A stretch of DNA of 63,917 nucleotides, filler included, from Neoconidiobolus thromboides FSU 785 (Eukaryota > Fungi > Entomophthoromycota): NCBI GenBank assembly GCA_025603075.1. It is 11 parts of 11 records of this genome, joined end to end, with 100 filler letters (N's around TTAATTAATTAA, not from the genome) between each part and the next. Parts side by side here need not be neighbours in the genome. Positions count along the whole stretch, not along the records: positions 49,357 to 51,331 come from MU626893.1; positions 51,432 to 53,907 come from MU626853.1; positions 54,008 to 55,297 come from MU627000.1; positions 55,398 to 58,930 come from MU626812.1; positions 59,031 to 62,808 come from MU626804.1; 6 more parts are not named here. One strand, given 5' to 3'. A program made the translations under genes and the position numbers. Under the pieces are notes generated by a model that was not told where the DNA came from, ran no database searches, and saw only the letters and a program-made list of their open reading frames with translations. Of this stretch, positions 50,895-62,579 are shown piece by piece. Within the stretch, counting starts at the first letter, position 1, and the number at the start of each line of letters is the position of its first letter.

Positions 50895-51157
50895 TGTGAA
50901 ATCTGGTACTCAGTGTTTGGAGTCAAGAATAGCTATTGCTGGGTTGACTACACTATAAGTCGAAAGGTCTTAGTTTATGTAGATTTTACGTTAGTATTGT
51001 CTATTCTATTTGTCTTATATAGCTTGTGACCTATTACGTGCTATTTCTCATAATCCAAGTCTACCTTAGTCACATAAACTAAGACCTTTCGACTTATAGT
51101 GTAGTCAACCCAGCAATAGCTATTCTTGACTCCAAACACTGAGTACCAGATTTTACA
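50895..51157. repeat. Fold-back inverted repeat of the LTR-like family: 86-bp arms, 91-bp loop
   Basis: Arm 50895-50980 is the reverse complement of 51072-51157 with one mismatch near the outer end. Confidence 0.9.
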
Positions 51158-51169
51158 ATACTAAAGTAT

Positions 51170-51331
51170 GGGGTTGTGTCCAAATTGATTTCAGAATTTA
51201 GAAATGAATTGTAATTTTATTCTTAAATGTGTCTTTAATGTGACGGCTAAATCTGAAAAGCCTAAAATTAAATGTCTCTATTTAAAACTTATTTTAATTG
51301 TTTCCTTTTCTTAAATAACTAATTTTCCTGC
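51170..51331. mobile_element. End (type A) of the second GGGG-TIR element running into a gap
   Basis: GGGGTTGTGTCCAAATTGATTTCAG...GTGACGGCTAAATCTGAAAAGCCTAAAATTAAATGTCTCTATTTAAAAC; matches 55398-55520 (reverse complement) and 62580-62752. Confidence 0.7.
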
Positions 51332-51431
51332 NNNNNNNNNNNNNNNNNNNNNNNNNNNNNNNNNNNNNNNNNNNNTTAATTAATTAANNNNNNNNNNNNN
51401 NNNNNNNNNNNNNNNNNNNNNNNNNNNNNNN

Positions 51432-51813
51432 AATAACCTTTTGTTCCTAAGAAAAAATGACTAAATATTTTCACTAATTCGGTTCCTTGTACATTTTGGC
51501 ATGCTTTACAGTCCCATCTTTTCAAACTATCATCATCACATAAGGCTGCTGAGGCATAATGAGCGTATCTTATAACGGCACTTATATCTGGTTTAAGCGT
51601 GTTGTTTATGATCCGCTTATTATACCATTTATCACTTCTTTTTGCTATATGATTTGTGATGTTTTTTTTTATCAGAATAGGAGAGCTGATTTGCTGTGAC
51701 CAAGGAGGGTTGTTTTGTTGAGTTAAAGTATTCAAATCATTTTGTTCTAATATGATATTAGAATATATTGTACTAATTAAAAATAATCCTATCACATAAG
51801 TAAAAGAGTTCAT
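51432..51813 (-). CDS. Secreted class-3 lipase, N-terminal part, gap-truncated
   Basis: Signal peptide; YAHYASAALCDDDSLKRWDCKACQNVQGT is homologous to the 53203 lipase. Confidence 0.8.
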
Positions 51814-53202
51814 TAAAACAAATGAATGAAAGTTTTAAAAAAATTATCACATAAAACGCTTTATATATAATTTTAGCTATATGAGAACTTTTATAAATAG
51901 ACGTATATTTACTATTACCATTTTAAACCTTTGATATATAGCAAAGGTTTTAAAGGGGCTCAAAGGGTGATATAGCCACAAAAATTACATATTAAAATAA
52001 GAAAAATTCAAATAGACTAAACCTTCCATACCGATAAGTAATTTAAAAAAACGAGGCAGATAACCTAGCTAATTCATATTAAAGCAAAAACAAAGACAAT
52101 AACTAAAAATGTATATCTGAGATTTATTCTAGAGTAACGCTTTTCAATTCTTTGTTTATTTTGTTACTGTATTTTTAGTCTTCCTTGCTTTGACTAATCT
52201 TGCAGAATTTTCATTTAAGAGGATGTATTATGTCGTTAAAAATTAGAACAGCATACTTTGTTTTAATAGTTAATTTTTATATTAAATTTTTAAGCTCATA
52301 GCTTAAAAAATCACTTCTAGTTTATGTTACAAGTTTGGTTTAATACAATATAAACTGATATATCTTGGGATCTAGCATCTGAAAAAAATGCTTTAAAAGC
52401 CCATTTAATAAATTATCCGACACTTGCTACCAGAATCTAATTAAAATCTTAAAAAAGGATTTAGAGGTTTGTGTTTCAATAAAATGATCTGTTATATCAG
52501 GAGTTGTCATCCTAAATCTATTTTCATAATGTAACCTTTATAATAATTTATAAATAACTTAAATACCTGACCATTTGAACTATACTCTAGCCAATTAATT
52601 TGATGCCCTAAAAGTTATTTTATAACTTATTGCTACTATCGATTATGCTTGAAGTATATGTACCTTTATCGTTAAATTATACATATCAAACACTAGGCTA
52701 ACTTGCTATCTACACAGCAAAGAGCTTCAACTTCTAAATTATATTAAGTTAGATTGATAATACGTTTAGAGCATAATTTACGTGATTATGCTGATAAAAT
52801 CTAAGTTTTTTAAACTAAAAACAGTTTTAAATAAACATAAAAGATTGCATAATCATTTTGTCTTATTTAAAAGCCCTTAAATATGTAAATGGAGACTTTG
52901 ATTTCAATGTTAAAAAGCTAACAATTCTAGAGTGTAAAAATATCATAGCTTAATGTAATTAAAAAATTGGTTGGTTGGATTTTGATTGCTTTGATATTAA
53001 ATAACTAAATAAAGTGCTTTGTTTATAATAAGAAATCCTGAATATAATTTAGGGTGTTATTAAATTTTATTAAATCCTAAAACTTACTATCCATTAAAGA
53101 TCTAAATCAAAAAAACCAAAGTTGATATAGATTTCAAAAACATATAAAGTAGTTTCGTATGAAATAAAAATATATTAAAAAGCTATTTAGTTACTTAATC
53201 AC

Positions 53203-53907
53203 ATGCAGCCTATCACATATTATTTATCATTGGTTTTAATCAGTGTAATCAATTCTACTGCCATCTCATTACAAAGTATCACAAACCCGATAATAACAGG
53301 AGTTACTAATCTACTTACTAACCAAATCACCGATAATACGATTGAACCAAGTATAAGTAATGTTATGAAGTATACTAATTATGCTGCAGCCGTTTTATGT
53401 ACTGATGCTAGCTTACAAAGTTGGAGTTGTAAACCATGCCAAAATATACAAGGAACTTCATTAGTAACTACGTTTAGCAATACTTTGTTAGGAACAAAGG
53501 CCTACTTAGCTATTAACAATAATGAACAAGCCATTATATTATCTTTTCGTGGTACAGAAGATTTACAAAATTGGTTAAATGATGTAGAATTGGTGCAGGT
53601 ACCTTTTAGTAGTATAAATAGTATTGGGCCTCTAGTACATGGTGGGTTTTTGGATGCTATGGAGTCAGTTTCTAGCTCTTTTTTGGGCGCATTAAAAACT
53701 TTAATACAAAATCAGCAATATACAAATTACAAAATTAGAGTAGTTGGCCATTCATTAGGTGGGGCTATGGCTTCTTTAGCTGCAATAAAAATCAAAGACA
53801 AGCTTAACTTGTCATGGGATAAGTTAGAACTATATACTTATGGACAACCACGTACTGGAAATGTACAATTTGCTGAATGGTTTGATGCTTTACCAATCAC
53901 TGTTGCT
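53203..53907 (+). CDS. Secreted class-3 triacylglycerol lipase, gap-truncated
   Basis: Signal peptide, ILSFRGT, VHGGF, VVGHSLGGAMA (GxSxG nucleophile), YTYGQPRTGN. Confidence 0.92.
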
Positions 53908-54007
53908 NNNNNNNNNNNNNNNNNNNNNNNNNNNNNNNNNNNNNNNNNNNNTTAATTAATTAANNNNNNNNNNNNNNNNNNNNNNNNNNNNNNNNNNNNN
54001 NNNNNNN

Positions 54008-54096
54008 CTTTTTTTGACTTCATTATTTTTTCCATTTTTAAGCGCTATTTAAGCGAAAAAATTGCTAGTAAAATTCTTAAACAAAAATACATCCCC
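54008..54096. mobile_element. MITE copy, left end in gap
   Basis: Core plus ACATCCCC terminus. Confidence 0.85.
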
Positions 54097-55117
54097 ATAT
54101 ATGTACAGAAAAGTCAATAAGCTTAACTCAATTTTTTTTATAACTATTTAATTCTAAATAAATTTTACCTAAAAATTTGATAAGCAAAAATCATTGCTTG
54201 CATTATTAAAATCATTAATAAATAAAGATTTTGATTATGTAAATTCTACTTTTATTTTTGTTATATATTAAAATACGTAAATTTTTGGATTTATTTAAAT
54301 TTGGCTACTATACTTCAATTTTTCAACTTTAAGACATAAACTCCCAGATGATTTATTATTTAAGTAAGGAAATATAAAAAGAAATTAAATGATAAGTGGC
54401 ATTAAGAAAATTCAAATAAAAGTTAAGAGGTAAGGCGCATTATGAAATAACTACAGGATTTTGTAGTTTTCTTTGTACTTTTTTAAATATACAGAAAAAC
54501 AAAGACAAGCAGGCTGATTTTAGTTTAAGTTTTCCTACTCGAATTTAGCAACTATTTGGCCTTATTTTTGATCACTCAAAAGCTCACACTTTTTGTACTT
54601 TGTACAAACTTAATTTTTTTAAATTTAAAAGTACAGAATTGGCTTATAAATGCATATGACTACCTACATGTAATATAAATGCAAAAAATACTGTTTATTA
54701 ATTATTAAGCTTTGCGAAAGTATCATATAATAATTTAATAAACTTTGAGGCAATTTTTTGAGCGCATTATAACTGAACTTAAATCTGAACCTCTAGTAAA
54801 GGCTTTCTATGCCCCTTATTTCTAAGGTGATAGCTTTATTATTATGTATATATATGTAAAAAAATAAGAGCAATATAGTACAAATCCTAATTTATTTGTA
54901 TCATTTTAACTATTTTAAACTTCTTCCTTTATTACGATCCCAAAAGTGCACCAATAAGTAGAAACAACCTTTTAAGTTTAATTGTAGCTTTATTTATTTT
55001 GAATATCATTAACCTATGAACAATATAAATAGCGGATTAAAGAAATAACGGCAATTATATATATAAATATAATTAGGATAGAAAAAACTATACCAAATTT
55101 CTATTAAAGCTACTTCT

Positions 55118-55297
55118 ATGTTTATTAAAGCTTTGTTTCCTTTGTGGTTATCTCTTGTACTTTCAATTTTTTCCAATGTTCAAAATGCCCAAACGTGGAG
55201 TAACCTTTTAAACAAAAAGAATGATTACCGTACTGTAGACAAAACCTATGATTACATTGTAGTAGGTGGTGGCTCAGCTGGTGGTATGGCGGCTATA
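55118..55297 (+). CDS. Secreted GMC oxidoreductase, N-terminus only, gap-truncated
   Basis: Signal peptide then TYDYIVVGGGSAG (GMC FAD-binding start). Confidence 0.75.
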
Positions 55298-55397
55298 NNN
55301 NNNNNNNNNNNNNNNNNNNNNNNNNNNNNNNNNNNNNNNNNTTAATTAATTAANNNNNNNNNNNNNNNNNNNNNNNNNNNNNNNNNNNNNNNNNNNN

Positions 55398-55520
55398 TAA
55401 GTTTTAAATAGAGACATTTAATTTTAGGCTTTTCAGATTTAGCCGTCACATTGACACAACTTTAAAAATTAAAATTTGGATTAACTTCTAAGCAATTCTG
55501 AAATCAATTTGGACAACTCT
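55398..55520. mobile_element. End (type A, reverse) of the second GGGG-TIR element emerging from a gap
   Basis: Reverse complement matches 51170-51331. Confidence 0.7.
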
Positions 55521-56104
55521 ATATGTTTTTATTATAAATTTATTATAAATTTTAATATAATAAAGTTAAACTACTTTTAAATATTATTGACAGTTTTATA
55601 TGACTTTTTCTCTGTGTAAAGCTGCTTTTTATATCCTAAAAATAGTCTATTTTATTAAAATTTTGTACTAAATTAAGTGCCAACTGAATAACGTAGCAGC
55701 GATTTTTTGTTTAATTTTATAAAAAGCTATACACTGTGTAAATGCCGTTTTATTTTTAAATCTAAACTTATAAAACTTGGTTATAAATCAACTATTTTTT
55801 TTGACCTTAAAATGGTAGTTTTTATTAGAAGTTTTTAGAATACTTTTGTTGCATCAATAAAAAACAATTATTTTACGTACCTTGATTATTTAGTGTAAGT
55901 ATTGATATTATACAAAAAAGTCAAAGTAAAGTAACTTTATTTATTGATTTTTTATAAAATCTAATCTTTACATTTTTGTATTCGGACTAAATAAGTGAAA
56001 TATTCAATAGCAAGTTAAAAAATTAACGTAATTCTTTTTGTATCACGTTTTGACTTCCAAAACTTTTTAGTTTTATTTAAGATAATATAAAGGGGGGGAT
56101 GGAT

Positions 56105-56385
56105 GGGATGTATTTTTGTGTTTAAGAATTTTATTAACAAATTTTTTGCTCAATAGCGCTTAAAAAATGGAAAAAATAATGGTCAAAAAAAAACGCTCCC
56201 GTTTCTTGTAAAAATTTTATAACTTATAAGTCAAACATCACTTAATAGATAACTATTTTTATAAATTAAAGTTTATAATATTAGTTAAAGTTATAAAAGA
56301 CGTATTTTTTTGTTTAGCAGTTTTTTTGCTTAAATAATAGTGCCTAAAAAATAGAAAAATGATGAAGCTAAAGATACATTCTTAT
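56105..56385. mobile_element. MITE copy (56105-56200) and degenerate copy (~56298-56385)
   Basis: Core motifs present. Confidence 0.75.
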
Positions 56386-56766
56386 ATTGTAATTTGTGTT
56401 TTTAGGTCATGCATAAAATTCTATAAAATTAGTAGATTTACATATATGTGTTAATTTTTACAAAGATAAAATGCAAAAATTAGCCTTTTATTTTATACCT
56501 TGTAATACTATACGCTTTTTAGCTAAAAGATCAAAATTAATATTATAACTAGACAAAACTTAATTTAAAGTTAAAGCAGGCTAGAATTGGATTAAAATTA
56601 AAATGAGGTTATTAAAGTAGTTAGAGAAGTCAAACCTAGAACCAAGACTAGCAGCTTTATCTTTATTTAATTTTTGTGTTAAAATTATTTTATTATTATT
56701 ATTACACACTGATTTATGGATTTATGATTTTGTACTTTTTGTTTATCTTTAAGATTTTACAACTAT

Positions 56767-57091
56767 ATATGAGTGTTTTTTTTGGCTTCATTACCTTTTT
56801 ATCTTTTAAGGAGGGGGCTATTTGAGCGGAAAAATCGTTATTAAGGTTTTGATAGTCCCAATAACCATTAAATTATAGTTTAAAATATAAGTGTAATAAA
56901 ATATTGAGATGATTGTTATATTAGTTCCTTATTAATTTTATAAAAAAATAATTGGCATAATAAAGTTTAGAAAAATCAAATATACGAGGATGTATTTTTA
57001 CACTTGGGAGTTTTACTAACAACAACCTTTCCGCTCAAATAGCGCCTCCCTTGAAAGATAAATAAAGCAATCAACCCAAAAAAACATCCCT
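56767..57091. mobile_element. Two diverged MITE copies in opposite orientation (~56767-56860 and 56986-57091)
   Basis: Both carry a purine-rich (GGAGG-type) insertion next to the GCGCT core. Confidence 0.7.
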
Positions 57092-57702
57092 ACACAAAAA
57101 CATATAATTGCTTAACTTTATTTTTTATTAAATAAATATAAAATGCAAGCATTTATGGATTAAGCTTTAAGTTAAATAATTTTTAAAATTTTGACATTAC
57201 AAGTCATTTTTATTAATTTCAATAACTATTTATAATAACCTCCTAGTTTATAGAATTTTCTAATGATAATAATATTTTAATGATTTAAAATAAAGCAGTA
57301 GTCAAGTTAATATTTAAAAAACATATATATAATAATTTTAAAAATGTAATAACAAAAACAGATTTACATAATATATATGCCCAGTATTATGCAGTTAGAA
57401 AAAAGTTATTTAGAAACAAAATAAAAATAAGGAAATCTTTAATAAAATTACTATTAAAAAACTAAGTAACAATTTTAAATTTTAAAATCTTTGACTTAAA
57501 ATTCTAAAAATAACTTTTTATTAAAACAAAATTACCTTGCATAGTTTTAAATTTAATATTATAGTAACAATATTAATATATTACCAAGATAGAGCCTCGT
57601 CAAAGGGAGGGATTGTCTTTTATTTATTATTATAATTATCTGTTAACTTAGCCATTACTAAGTTAAATAATGTTGATGTTTAAGAATTAATTCTTATCAT
57701 TT

Positions 57703-57803
57703 GGGAATATATTTTTGTGTAAGGATTTATTTTACTAACGAATTTTTCGCTCAAATAGCACTTAAAAAATGGAAAAGGTGATGAAACCAAAAAGAACGTC
57801 CCC
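57703..57803. mobile_element. MITE copy
   Basis: ATTT/ATTT TSD. Confidence 0.9.
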
Positions 57804-58024
57804 ATTTAATAAACTACTCGGGCTGCTTAGTAAATATTGAAGCTTTTGAATTTTCTATTGTTTTTGTAGGATAAACTAATATTGATCTTTTTGTTTTTTA
57901 CAAATTTTATAGCAATTAAAGTTATATTATTTTGTTTGTTATTATATTTAATAGAACGTAAAAGTTTTTTATACTTTTTAAAAATTATATCTGTTTTTTT
58001 ATCAACAATCGGGTTATTAATTAT

Positions 58025-58126
58025 GGGAGTGTTTTTTTTGACTTCATTATTTTTTCGATTTTTTAAGCGCTTCTATTTGAGCGAAAAATTTGTTAATAAA
58101 ATTCTTAAACATAAAAATACATCCCC
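58025..58126. mobile_element. MITE copy
   Basis: GGGAGTGT...ACATCCCC. Confidence 0.9.
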
Positions 58127-58291
58127 ATATACTAAAAGTAGAATAATGATATACAGTAGATGTTCTTTATTTTACTCAATGCCTAAAGCTACTTTTCTAT
58201 TATAAATTTTTTTTAAGACATCTATCAGCTATATTTCTTTTATAATGCTTAGCAAAAAAAATTTAAACTACTATTTACTTTATAAATATAT

Positions 58292-58385
58292 GGGGATGTA
58301 TTTTTGTATTTAAGAATTTTACTAACAATTTTTCCACGTAAATAGTGCTCCAAAAGATGTAAAAAGTAATGAAGCAAAAAAAACT
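58292..58385. mobile_element. MITE copy, right end degenerate
   Basis: GGGGATGT..., TACTAAC core. Confidence 0.85.
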
Positions 58386-58417
58386 TTAAAGACTTAAAAT
58401 GATTTCCTGTATCTATC

Positions 58418-58771
58418 CATACGGGGACATTTTTTTTCGTCACCTTTTTGATCTTTTAAGTGCTATTTGAGTGAAAAAATTGTTAGTAAGATTCTTAAAC
58501 ACAATAATACATTCTCATGTATTAAAGACTTATGAATTTAAAGGGCTTTGATATTTGGATTAATTTTAGATAAATTGTGAAACTAATTTATACATTTATA
58601 CATCCAAGAAACTGTTCATTGATTTAGCATTTAAAAAGCCTTATGTTTAAAAAGCCTACAAAAACTAATATATGAGAATGTATTATTGTGTTTAAGAATC
58701 TTACTAACAATTTTTTCACTCAAATAGCACTTAAAAGATCAAAAAGGTGACGAAAAAAAACGTCCCCGTAT
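58418..58771. repeat. Inverted pair of near-identical MITE copies (~100-bp arms, ~150-bp spacer)
   Basis: 58418-58518 is the reverse complement of 58671-58771 and shares private variants (CGTCACC, GATCTTT, AATAATACATTCTC). Confidence 0.9.
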
Positions 58772-58845
58772 GATAACGTATTTTTATATTTAAAACTTAT
58801 TTTAATTATTTCCTCTTCTTAAATAACTAATTTTTGTAATTATAT

Positions 58846-59098
58846 GGGGGTTATCTGAATTAGTTGAATTTCTACTGGATCTTAGATACATGTTCTTATA
58901 AAACTTTATTGAGAAATGTTTATTATCAACNNNNNNNNNNNNNNNNNNNNNNNNNNNNNNNNNNNNNNNNNNNNTTAATTAATTAANNNNNNNNNNNNNN
59001 NNNNNNNNNNNNNNNNNNNNNNNNNNNNNNGAAGTTTTTAAAATACAAAATTTTTCAAAAATTGGATAAAATAAGGAAACTAATTTAGACAATCCCTC
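58846..59098. mobile_element. Second GGGG-TIR family: inward-facing ends on both sides of a gap
   Basis: Left end GGGGGTTATCTGAATTAG at 58846; right end GAAACTAATTTAGACAATCCCTC at ~59098. Confidence 0.6.
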
Positions 59099-59240
59099 TA
59101 ATGTTATTTTTGAGGTCATTAAAATTTTCAAAAAAAACTGTTTTAGCCAAAAAGAAGCTGTTTCTTACCTTCAAGGTCTGTTCTTTTATGATTTTTAATT
59201 TCTTCTAATAAACTCTGGCTTAAAACTAACTCTCAAGTAT

Positions 59241-59346
59241 GAAGATGTTTTTTTTGATATACGTTACTTTTTCCATTTTTTGAGAGCACTATTTATTAAA
59301 GCGGAAAATTTATTAGCAAAATTCTTAAACAAAAAAATGCATCCCC
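59241..59346. mobile_element. MITE copy
   Basis: GAAGATGT...GCATCCCC. Confidence 0.85.
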
Positions 59347-59584
59347 ATACTATATTTTTATAACCTCCTATATCTTGTAAAACTTTAATTTGTAGCTAAA
59401 TACAATAGTAGCTAGATGGTTTAATGAGAGGCGGAAGCTGTTTGTCCATCTTAACATATTAGAAATTAAGCTCTGACTTAACTTTTATCATATACGTGTT
59501 CTTTTATTGGCTATTTTCCAATTGATCAACTGCTGCCCTTCAAACCACTTTACTATTGATACAACATTTTAAGTGCTAAAATGT

Positions 59585-59680
59585 GAGGATATATTTTTGT
59601 GTTCAAGAATTTTGATAAAATTTCCGCTTTTAAATAGCGCTTAAAAATGGAAAAAATAATGAAGTCAAAAAAACACTCCC
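59585..59680. mobile_element. MITE copy
   Basis: GAGGATAT...ACACTCCC. Confidence 0.85.
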
Positions 59681-60625
59681 ATATTAAATTATTTGGAATG
59701 TTTCAGTACATCAAGCCTTGGTTGCAACAGAAAAAAATGGAGCGTAGATTCTCAAACTATAAAATGCTTATTTTATAAGTTCTTTAATGGCATTCCAACC
59801 AAGGAATCGGCCTATTTTAATAGCAAGAATTTATACTAAAACAGTTTAAAACAGTTTAAAACAAACATCATTTGTCTTTAAAAACGCTAAAGGGCCCCTC
59901 CCCTTGGTTAAAATCAAACAAACCCCTCACCTTCTAATTTAAATCACTGTAAAAGTTTGTATAATAAAGTAGGATTTTGGTTATACCTGGGATTTGCCTC
60001 CTCTCTTTGATATTAAGTAAAAATAATTATCAAAACTTAAACTTTAGCTTACTAATAATGCTTATATATTTTAAAATCTATATTAGAAATATTCTATTAA
60101 TAACTAGCAATTCTAAATATCCCTTAATATTTTGAAGCTAGCCTTTTATACCACAACTTTCTAATTAAAAGCTTAATAATATCAAACCTTAAATTAATAA
60201 GCAGTACCATATATCACATATAATAAAAACATTTTAATTAAAAGATGTTTTAAAATATAACTAAATTACTTTTAAAAACCTTAGTAATAATCCACATACT
60301 ATTTGAAACTAGAAGTTGATTATAAATTTATTAACATTTTAGAGACAATTTTGTCTTATTTAATTTAATATGTTTATGTTTAAGAACGTCTTCAATATTA
60401 AAACCTAATATATATATCATTTTAACCACAGATTATATTTTATAATTTGTATGTAATATAATTTAACCTATAAATTAATTATTTCGATTAATAAATATAT
60501 CCTATACGTTATTGGATATTAACTACATCTAAATGTTTTAAGTTACCATAATTGATATTTGGTAAGTTAGAGTTAATATAAGATTGTAAATTTACACATT
60601 ATAAATATCTGATTGATGGTCGTAT

Positions 60626-60719
60626 GAGGCTGTTTTTTGGCTTCATTACTAACAGTCTTTCCGCTTGAATAGCCCCGCCTTAAAAGATGGGAAAGTAATG
60701 AAGCCAAAAAAACAGCCCC
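60626..60719. mobile_element. Chimeric MITE with two right ends
   Basis: The left end G(A)GGCTGTTTTTTGGCTTCATTACT is the reverse complement of the right end AGTAATGAAGCCAAAAAAACAGCCCC. Confidence 0.8.
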
Positions 60720-61894
60720 ACTTATTGGAATCTCCTCCGATTGAAAAGCTTCAACTATAAAAGCTATAAACAAAAGTCAACAACTGCTTTTTTACAAAAT
60801 AAAATCTTTCTGAGCAAGTTGGATTTTATAATTTCAGAGTGACATCGCTATTTTAATTTAATTTAAAAAAAACTTGACTATTTTACCAAGAATTTTATTA
60901 CTTTTCAAAATTTAGCTAAAATTTGCTTAAATCAAAATCTTAAAAATTATAAAACTACTAGACTTTAAACATCAATGGGTGTGTACTGTTCACTAAAAAG
61001 CTTAACCTATTTTCAAAACGTTTGATATAAAATTAAAATTAAAATTAAAATCTTATTGCAAATAAAATATCAGCCTAATAATTTATTTTAGAAATCCAAG
61101 CTTTGTTAAATTGTTTTGTCAGATGAAAACAAACTTTAAGCCAAGGGCTTTTAGGTGCTTAAAAAAGGCTTTAGCAAAATTCTTTAGAAAAAATAGCTAA
61201 ATTTTAAACAAAAATATTGCAAAAAGATTGAAAATTTAAAGTAACTGAAAACAGTTGTTCACTTTTTAATCAAAAAGCAAATACTTAACAATATATAAAG
61301 CTAAAGTTTAAATTTAGTTATTTAAAAAAGTTTAACGCTACAAAAAAACTAATCTTTGCTTTAGCTTTACTATAATTTTAAATGAAAATATCTGAAGTAT
61401 TATCTTTATTTTATTTTTATAACCTCGAATTTTTTAAAATTTAAATATTTTAATTCAATCAATTGGGAACGTTTCTGTTTCTGCTTTTTTCGCAATTCGT
61501 ACTATATCTTCCTCTCTTTTATCCAACAATGCTGCTAAATTATAAATATATATGTATAAAGCTGCCCAAACTAATACTGCTACAAGCTTAACTAAAAATT
61601 TAAAAGATTAAAATGAAACTAACACTAAATTTTGGGGTGTTTTATTATCTAGTAAGCACCAGTTTTCTAACATTATTGAACTTTAAAATTAGGTACTTTT
61701 TATAACAGGGACAAAGTGAGAAAAAGGGTTCGAAAACCTGCACCAAATTAAGTCCTATTTCAGAATTAAAATCAAGCTGAGAAGGGGGAGAGAATAATTT
61801 AAAAAGCTTTTTTAGTTTTCTTGGCCAGACCCCAATCAATGCAACGAATACTATTGTATGTTTTTTAGTTTTTTTTAAGTGAAATTATTAATAT

Positions 61895-61991
61895 GGGGAT
61901 GTATTTTTGTGTTTAAGAATTCTATTAGCAATCTTTCCACTCAAATAGCGCTTAAAAGGTGCAAAAAAGTGAAACCAAAAAAAACATCATC
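61895..61991. mobile_element. MITE copy
   Basis: GGGGATGTATTTTTGTGTTTAAG...CTCAAATAGCGCTTAAAAG. Confidence 0.88.
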
Positions 61992-62579
61992 ATGTTTGTT
62001 TAACTAACTCTCAAAATAAAATTTGGGTTACATTACAATAATGCTTGAAAATACAAAATAAAATACCCAACAAGTATAGGAAAAAAGGGCTATGGCAAAG
62101 GAAAATATTGACCACTTTACCATTTATTAATCTATTCTCCTTTTTAAATGTTATTAGGTACTTATAAAATATAACCAATGGCTAATATATTTATTGTAAA
62201 AAGAAAATCATACTGCAGATGATTTGATTTGGTTGCAATATTGAATCAGGCCTTAAATAAAGTAACCTAGTTTTCATAATTTTTAGATTATGAAAGCCAA
62301 TTACAAAACATTAAAACATTACCTTGAGCACTTTACTTAAAATTCATTTACTATTTGTACTCTCTTCTTTCTAAATTGTTTTACTTTCTAAACATTATAC
62401 ACTAAATAAGGTATTAATATTAAGCGAGTTTTTACCTTTTAGATTTTGATTTATAGTTCGAGAAATTTAATACATTTAATTGTTAATAATTTAGCAAAGA
62501 AGCTCTTAAAAAACAACCATAAAATCCAATCTATCAAAATAGTTGAATTTCTCTCCTCCTTAAATCAATAACAACTAAT

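Noticed and set aside
61700-61745. GGGTTCGAAAACCTGCACCA resembling a tRNA T-arm and CCA end
   Set aside because: The T-stem does not pair correctly and no D-arm or acceptor stem could be built upstream.
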